In this document: positions 55,561 to 64,000 of the stretch, one piece after another
Position numbering within the stretch: position 1 is the first letter of the stretch
How the letters are laid out: every line of letters begins with the position of its first letter
Assembly (NCBI RefSeq): GCF_009914755.1
Contig: NC_060933.1
DNA: 64,000 nucleotides
Strand: one strand, 5' to 3'
Origin: the human T2T-CHM13v2.0 reference genome, Homo sapiens
Notes under the pieces: model-generated
Databases searched by the model: none
Seen by the model: only the letters and a program-made list of their open reading frames with translations
Told to the model about the DNA's origin: nothing
Position numbers and translations under genes: made by a program

Positions 55561-58500
55561 TTGGGGTCTGAATGATTGTCCCTCACATAGGATTCGTGAA
55601 CACTGCTGCTGGGGTCTGAATGTTTGTCCCTCACATAGGATCCCAGAACACTGCTGCTGGGGTCTATATGTATGTCCGTCACGTGGGATTCCAAAACACT
55701 GCTGCTGGGTTCTGACTGTTTCTCCCTCTCATAGAATTCCATAGCACTGCGACGAGGTTCTGAATGTTTGTCTGTAACATAGGATTCCAGAACGCCCCCC
55801 GCCCGTTGTTTAAATGTTTGTCCCTCACATTGGATTCCAGAACACTGCTGTTGGATTCTGAATGTTTGTCCCTCACAGAGGATTCCAGAACACTGCTACT
55901 ATTGTCTGAATGTTTGTCCCTCACATAGGATTCCAGAACCCTCCTAAGAGTGTGTGAATGTTTGTCCCTCACATAGATTTCCAGATCACTGCTACGATTG
56001 TCTGAATGTTTGTCCTACACTTAGTATTCCAGAACACTGCTACGACAGTCTGAATGATTGTCCCTCACACAGAATTCCAGAACACTGCTACGACGGTCTG
56101 AATGATTGCCCCTCACATAGGATTCGAGAACACTGCTGCCGGGGTCTGAATGTTTTTCCCTCACATAGGATCCTAGAACACTGTTGCTGGGGTCTACATG
56201 TGTGTCTGTCACATAGGATTCCAAAACACTGCTGCGGGGTTCTGACTGTTTTTCCCTGACATAGAATTCAAGAACACTGCGACGAGGTTCTGAATGTTTG
56301 TCTGTAACATAGGATTCCAGAAACCCCCTCCCCGTAGCTTAAATATTTGTCCCTCACATTGGATTCCAGAACACTGCTACCATTGTCTGAATGTTTGTCC
56401 TTCACATAGGATTCCAAAACATTGCTATGGGGGTCTGAATGTTTGTTCTTCACATAGGATTCCAGAACACTCCTGCTGTGTTCTGAATGTTAGTTCCTCC
56501 TATAGGATTCCCTAACACTGTCACGAGGTTCTGAATGTTTGTTCCGCACATAGGATTCCAAAACACTCCTGCTGTGTTCCGAGTGTTTGTCCCTCACATA
56601 GGATTCCAGAACAATCCTGCCGTGGTCTGAATGTGAGTCCCTCACATAGGTTTCCAGAATACTGCTGCTGGGTTCTGTGTGTTTCTCCCTCACATAGAAT
56701 TCCATAACACTGTGAAGAGATTATTAATGGTTGTCCGTTACATAGGATTCCAGAACAATCTCGGTGTTGTTTGAATGTTTTTCCCTTACATAGGTTTCCA
56801 GAACACTGCTACGTTTGTCTGAATGTTTGTCCCTCACATAGGATTCCAGAACACTGCTGGGAGGGTCCGAATGTTTTTCTCTCACATGGGATTCCAGAAC
56901 ACTGCTATGATTGTCTGAATGTTTGTCCCTCACTTAGGATTCCAGAACACAGCCACGAGGGTCTGAATGATTGTCCCTCACATGGGATTCCAGAACAATC
57001 CTGCTGTGTTCTGAATATTTGCCCCTCACATATAGTTACAGAACACTGCTGCTGGGTTCTGAGTGTTTGTCCATCACATGGGATTCCAGAACACAGCTAT
57101 GAGGGTCTGATTGTTTTTCTCTTACAAAGGATTACAGAACACTGCTGCTGGGGTCTAAAAGTTTCTCCATCACACACTATTCCAGAGCATTGCTACGAGG
57201 GTCTGAATGTTTGTCCCTCATTTAGAATTCCACAACACTTCTGCTGGGGTGTGAATGTTTGTCCCTCACACAAAATTCCAGAACACTGCTATGACGATCT
57301 GAATGATTGTCCCTCATTTAGGATTCCAAAACACTCCTGTTGTTTTCTGAGTGTTTGTCCCTCACCTAGGATTCCAGAAACTATCCTCCTGTTGTCAGAA
57401 TGTTTGTCTCTCACATAGGGTTTCAGAACACTGCTGCTGGGTTCTGAGTGTTTCTCCCTCACATAGGATTCCAGAACACTCCTACAAGGGTCTGAATGTT
57501 TGACCCTCACATAGGATCCCAGAACACTGCTGCTAGGGTCTAGATTTTTGTCCATCACACCGGATTCCAGAACCCTCCTAAGAAGGTCTGAATGTCTGTT
57601 CCTCACAGGGGATTCCAGAACACTCCTGCTGTGGTCTCAATGTTTTTCCCTCACACAGGCCTACAGAACACTGCTACGGGAGTCAGAATGTTTGTCTGTC
57701 ATGCAGAATTCCAGAACACTGGCACGAGTGTCTGAATGATTGGCCATCACATAGGATTCCAGAACACTGTCGCTGGGGTCGTAATGTTTGTCCCTCACAT
57801 AGGATTCCAGAACACTGCTGCTAGGGTCTACAGGTATGTCCATCACATAGGATTCCAGAACACTGCTTTTGGTTTCTGAGTGTTTCTCCCTCACATAGAA
57901 TTCCAGAACACTGCGATGAGGGTCAGAATATTTGTCCATAACATAGGATTCCTGAACAATCCCGCTGTTGTTTGAATGTTTGTCCCTCACATAGGATTAT
58001 GGAACACTGCTACAATTGTCTGAATGTTTGTCCCTCACATAGCATTCCAGAACACTGCTACGACTGTCTGAACGTTTATTCCTCACAGGGGATTCCAGAA
58101 CACTCCTGCTATGGCCTGAATGATTGTCCCTCACATAGGATTCCAGAACACTGCTATGGGGGTCTGAATGTTTGTGCTTGACACAGAATTCCAGAACACT
58201 GCTACGAGGGTCTGAATGACTGTCCCTCACATAGGATTCCAAAACACTGCTGCTGGGGTCTACATGTATGTCCGTCACATAGGATTCCAGAACACTGCTA
58301 TTGGGTTCTGACTGTTTCTCCCTCACATAGAATTCCAGAACATTGTGACGAGCGTCTGAATGTTTGTCTGCAACATAGGATTCCAGAACACTGTCGCTCT
58401 TGTTTTTGTTTGTCCCTCACATAGGATTCCAGAACACTGCTACCATGGCCTGAATGTTTGTTCCTCACACAGGATTCCAGAACACTGCTACAAGGGTCTG

Positions 58501-61500
58501 AATGTTTGTCCCTCACACAAAATTCCAGAACATTGCTATGAGGGTCTGAATGTTTGTCCCTCATACAGAATTCCAGAACACTGCTATGATGGTCTGAATG
58601 ATGGTCCCTCACATGGGACTCCAGAACACTGCTGCTGGGTTCTGAATGTTTGTCCCTCACATAGGATTCCAGAACACGGCTGCAGGGGTCTACATGTATG
58701 TCCGTCACATGGGATTCCAGAACAATGCTGCAGGATTCTGAGTGTTCCTCCCTCACATAGAATTCCAGAAGACTGTGACGAGGGTGTGAATGTTTGTCCG
58801 TAACTTAGGATTCCAGAAGACTCCCGCTGTTGTTTGAATGTTTGTTTCTCACATAGGATTCCATAACACTGCTGCTTGAGTCTGAAGGTTTTTCCCTAAC
58901 ATAGGATTCCAGAACACTGCTATGATTGTCTGAATGTTTGTCACTCCGTAGGATTCCGGAACACTGCAACGAGGGTCTGAAAGTTTGTCCCTCACTCTGG
59001 ATTTCAGAACACTCTGCTGTGGTCTGAATATTTGTTCCTCACTTCGGATCCAGAACAGTGATACGAGGGTCTGAATGTTCGTCCCTCATGTAGGATTCCC
59101 CAACACTGCTACAATTGTCTGAATGTTTGTCCCTCACATAGGATTCCAGAACACTCCTGCTGTGGTCTGAATGTCTGTCCCTCACATAGGGTTGCAGAAC
59201 ACTGCTGCTAGATTCTCAGTGTTTGTCCCTCACATAGGATTCCAGAACACTGCTACAAGGGTCTGAATATTTGTCACACACATAGAATTGCAAAACACTG
59301 CTGCTGGGGTCCGAAAATTTGTCCCTTACATAGGATTCCAGAACATTGCTGCTGGGGTCTACATGTATGGCTATCACATAGGATTCCAGATCACTGCTGC
59401 TGGGTTCTGAATGTTTCTCCCTCACATAGAATTCCAGAACACTGTGACGAGGGACTGAATGTTTCTCAGTAACATAGCATTCCAGAACACTCTCGCAGTT
59501 GTTTGAATATTTGTCCCTCACATAGGATTCCAGAACACTGCTACTGGGGTCTGAGTTTTTGTCCCTCACATAGTATTCCAGAACACTGCTACGATTGTCT
59601 GAATGTTTGTCCCTCACATAGGATTCCAGAACGATCCTATGAGGGTCTGGATGTTTGTCCCTCACATAGGATTCCAGAACACTGCTATGATTGTCTGAAT
59701 GTCTGTCACTCACATAGGATTCCAGATCAGTGCTACGAGGGTCTGAATGTTTTTCCCTAATATAGGATTCCTGAATACTGCAACAAGGGTCTGAATGTTT
59801 GTCTGTAACATAGGATCATGGAACACTACCCCTGTTGTTTGAATGTTTGTCCCTCACATTGGATCCCAGAACACTGCAACTAGGGTCTGAATGTTTGTCC
59901 CTCACATAGGATTCCAAAACACTCCTGCCATGCTCTGAGTGTTTATTCCTCACATAAGATTCCAGTACAATCCTGCTGTGGTCTGAAAGTTTTTCCCTCA
60001 CATAGGGTTCCAGAACAATGCTTCTCGGTTCTGAGTGTTTTTCCCTCACATATGATTTCATAACTCTACTGGGAGGGTCTGAATATTTGTCCCTCACATA
60101 GCATTCCAGAACACTGCTGTTGGGCTCTAAATGTCTGTCCATCACATAGGATTCCAGAACAGTGCCACGAGCTTCTGAATGTTTGTTCCTTACAGGGGAT
60201 TCCAGAACACTCCTGTTGTGAATATTTGTCCCTCACACAGGATTCCAGAACACTGCTATGAGGGTCTGAATTTTTGTCCCTCACACAGAGTTCCAGAACA
60301 CTGCTGTGAGGGTCTGAATGATTTTCCCTCACATAGTTTTCCAGAACACTGCTACTGGGGTCTGAATGTTTGTTCCTCACATAGGATTAAAGAACACTGT
60401 CCCTGGGTTCTGAGTGTTTCTCCCTCACATAGAATTCCGGAAGACTGCAACGAGGGTAACAACGTTTGTCGCTCTCATATGGTTCCATAACACTGCTGGT
60501 AGGTTCTCAGTGTTTGCCCCAAACATAGGATTCCAGAACATTGCTGCTTGTGTCTAAATGTTTGTCCTTCACATAAGATTCCAGAACACTGCTATGAGGG
60601 TCTGAATGATTGTCCCTCATGTAGGATTCCAGAACACTGTTGCTGGGGTCTACAGGTGTGTCCGTCACATGGCATTCCAGAACACTGATATGAGGTCCTG
60701 AATATTTGCTCCTCACAGGGGATTCCAGAAACCTCCTGCTGTGTTCTGAATGTTTTTCCCTCACACAGAATTCCAGACCACTGCTACAAGGGTCTGAATG
60801 TTTGTCCCTCACACAGAATTCCAGAACACTGCTATGACGGTCTGAATGATTGTCCCTCACATGGGACTCCAGAACACTGCTGCTGGGTTCTGAATGTTTG
60901 TCCCTCACATGGGATTCCAGAACACAGCTACAAGGGTCTTCATGTATGTCCGTCACATAGGATTCTAGAACAATGCTGCAGGATTCTAAGTGTTCCTCCC
61001 TCGCACAGAATTCCAGAAGACTGCGACGAGGGTCTGAATGTCTGTCGGTAACATAGGATTCCAGAAGACTCCCGCTGTTGTTTGAATGTTTGTCCCTCAC
61101 ATAGGATTCCAGAACACTGATGCTTGAGTCTGAAAGACTTTCCCTCACACAGGATTCCAGAACATTGCTACGACTGTCTGAATGTTTGTCATTCCGTAGG
61201 ATTCCAGAACACTGCCACGAGGGTCTGAAAGTTTGTCCCTCACTGTGGATTCCAGAACACTCTGCTGTGGTCTGAATGTTTGCCCCTCACTTGGGATCCG
61301 AAACAGTGATACGAGGGTTGGAATGTTCGTCCCTCACATAGGATTCCCCAACACTGCTACGATTGTCTAAATGTTTGTCCCTCACATAGGATTCCAGAAC
61401 ACTCCTGCTGTGGTCTGAATGTCTGTCCCTCACATAGGGTTATAGAACACTGCTTCTAGATTCTCTGTGTTTGTCCCTCACATAGGATTCCAGAACACTG

Positions 61501-64000
61501 CTACAAGGGTCTGAATATTTGTCACATGCATAGGATTCCAAAACACTGCTGCTAGGGTCTGAATGTTTGTCCCTCACAGAGGACTACAGAACACTGAAGC
61601 TGGGGTCTGAATGTTTCTCCCTCACATAGGACTACTGAACACTGCTGCTGGGGTCTACATGTATGGCCGTCACATAGGATTCCAGATCACTGTTGCTGGG
61701 GTCTACATGTATGGCCGTCACATAGGATTCCAGATCACTGCTGCTGGATTCTGAATGTTTCTCCCTCACATAGAATTCCAGAAAACAGCGACGAGGGTCT
61801 GAATGTTTCTCCGTAACGTAGCATTCCAGAACACTCTGGCTGTTGTTTGAATGTTTGTCCCTCACATAGTATTCCAGAACACTGCTACGATTGTCTGAAT
61901 GTTTGTCCCTCACATAGGATTCCAGAATGATCCTATGAGGGTCTGGATGTTTGTCCCTCACATACGATTCCAGAACACTGCTATGATTGTCTGAATGTCT
62001 GTCACTCACATAGGATTCCAGATCAGTGCTACGAGGGTCTGAATGTTTTTCCCTAACATAGGATTCCTGAATACTGCAACGAGGGTCTGAATGTTTGTCT
62101 GTAACATAGGATCATGGAACACTACCCCTGTTGTTTGAATGTTTGTCCCTCACATTGGATTCCAGAACACTGCAACTAGGGTCTGAATGTTTGTCCCTCA
62201 CATAGTATTCCAAAACACTCCTGCCGTGCTCTGAGTGTTTATCCCTCACATCGGATCCCAGAACAATCCTGCTGTGGTCTGAAAGTTTTTCCCTCACATA
62301 GGGTTCCAGAACACTGCTGCTGGGTTCTGAGTGTTTTTCCATCACATATGATTTCATAACACTACTGGGAGGGTCTGAATGTTTATCCCTCACATTGCAT
62401 TCCAGAACACTGCTGTTGGGGTCTAAGTGTTTGTCCATCATGTAGGATTCCAGAACACTGCAACGAGGTTCTGAATGTTTGTTCCTTACAGGGGATGCCA
62501 GAACACTCCTGTTGTGTTGTGAATGTTTATCCCTCACACAGGATTCCAGAACACTACTGTGAGGGTCTGAATTTTTGTCCCTCACCCAGAATTTCAGAAC
62601 ACTGCTATGAGGGTCTGAATGATTTTCCCTCACATAGCATTCCAGAACACTGCTGCTGAGGTCTGAATGTTTGTCCCTCACATACGATTACAGAACACTG
62701 CCGCTGGGTTCTGAGTGTTTCTCCCTCACATAGAATTCCAGAACACTGCAACGAGGGTCTCAACGTTGGTCCCTCTCATATGGTTCCAGAACACTGCTGG
62801 TAGGTTCTCAGTGTTTGTCCCAAACCTAGGATTCCAGAACACAGCTGCTGGGTTCTAAATGTTTGTCTGTCACATAGGATTCTAGAACGCTGTTATGTGG
62901 TTCTAAATCTTTGTTCATCACAGGGGATTCCAGAAGAATCCTGCTGTGATCTGAATGTTTGTCCCTCACACAGGATTCCAGAACACTCCTACTATGGTCT
63001 GAATGTTTGGCCCTAACATAGGATTCCAGAACATGGCTATGACAGTCTGAATCTTTGTCCCTCACATAGGATTCCGGAACAATCCTGCTGTGGTCTGAAT
63101 GTATGTCCTTCACATTGCATTCGAGAACACTGCTGCTGCATTATGGGTGTTTGTCCCTCACATTGGATTCCAGAACACTGCTACTAGCGTCTGAATATTT
63201 GTCCCTCACATAGGATTCCAGAACACTGCTGCTGTGGTCTAAATGTTTGTCCATCACATGGGATTCCAGAAAACTGCTATGAGGGTATGCATGTTTTTTC
63301 CTCACAAGGGATTCGAGAACAATCTTGCTGTGTTCTGAATCTTTGTCCCTCACAAAGGATTCCAGAACACTGCTACGAAGGTCTGAATATTTGCCCTCAC
63401 ACAGAATTCTAGATCACTGCTACATGGGTTTGAATGATTTTCCCTCACATAGGATTCCAGAACACTGCTTCTGGCATCTGAATGTTTGTCCCTCAATAGT
63501 GTTACTGAACACTGCTGCTGGGGTCTACATGTATGTCCGTCACATAGGGTTCTAGAGCATGGCTGCTGTGTTCTGAGTGTTTCTCCCTCACATAGAATTT
63601 CAGAACACTGGGATGAAGGCCGGAATGTTTGTCCGAACATAGGATTCATGAACACCCTTGCTGTTGTTTGAATGTTGTCCCTTTCATAGGATTCCAGAAA
63701 ACTGCTGCTGGGGTCTGAATGTTTGTCCCTCACATATCATTCCACAATACTGTTGCGATAGTCTTAATGTTCCTCCCTCACATAGGATTCCAGAGCACTG
63801 CTATGAAGTTCTGAATGTTTTTCTCTCACATACGATTCTGGAACACTGCTACAATTATCTGAATATTTTTCCCTCACATAGGATTCCAGAACACTGCTAT
63901 GATTCTCTGAATGTTTCTCCGTCACATAGGATTCCAGAACACTGTTACGAGAGTCTGAATGTTTGTCCGTCACAAAGGATTCCAGAACACTGCTATGATA
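55561..64000 (+). repeat. CER (D22Z3-type) 48-bp satellite array, ~175 units, runs off the window
   Basis: Unit ggggtctgaatgtttgtccctcacataggattccagaacactgctgct repeated head to tail; matches the recalled CER consensus. Confidence 0.92.

Noticed and set aside
55398-63973. Long ORFs with 16-aa repeats (HRIPEHC / VLESYVRDKHS) resembling zinc-finger or repeat proteins
   Set aside because: The 48-bp unit is divisible by 3, so frames stay open. There is no C2H2 spacing or gene structure.
55561-64000. CRISPR-like appearance (conserved core with a variable short segment)
   Set aside because: The variable parts are ~10-bp diverged versions of one consensus, not unique spacers. No cas genes are present and the context is primate satellite.

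Overview
Primate, almost certainly human, centromere edge. It contains no intact protein-coding gene and no prokaryotic features. From left to right: (1) 1-~28.7 kb is a homogeneous alpha-satellite higher-order repeat (HOR) array of the dimeric SF2 type. Its 1872-bp 11-mer (7+4 monomers) matches the chr13/chr21 D13Z1/D21Z1 family and degrades outward into mixed 4/7/15/18-mer variants, then a pure 1190-bp 7-mer. (2) ~28.7-35.8 kb is divergent alpha satellite that still has CENP-B-box-type monomers. (3) ~35.8-55.56 kb is old alpha satellite without CENP-B boxes, in two layers. (4) 55.56-64 kb is 48-bp CER satellite. The only non-satellite DNA is a ~3.04-kb polyadenylated insertion at 36849-39887, flanked by a target-site duplication (TSD). 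It looks like a retrocopy of a chimeric spliced transcript: TAR1-like 29-bp repeats, one LSP1 exon-sized block, an unknown block, antisense ANKRD36-family exon 1 and upstream region, an antisense LAVA-like VNTR/Alu module, and a HERV-H LTR7B cut at its poly(A) site. Family names come from recalled consensus sequences; no database search was run. I cannot say whether this insertion is already annotated.
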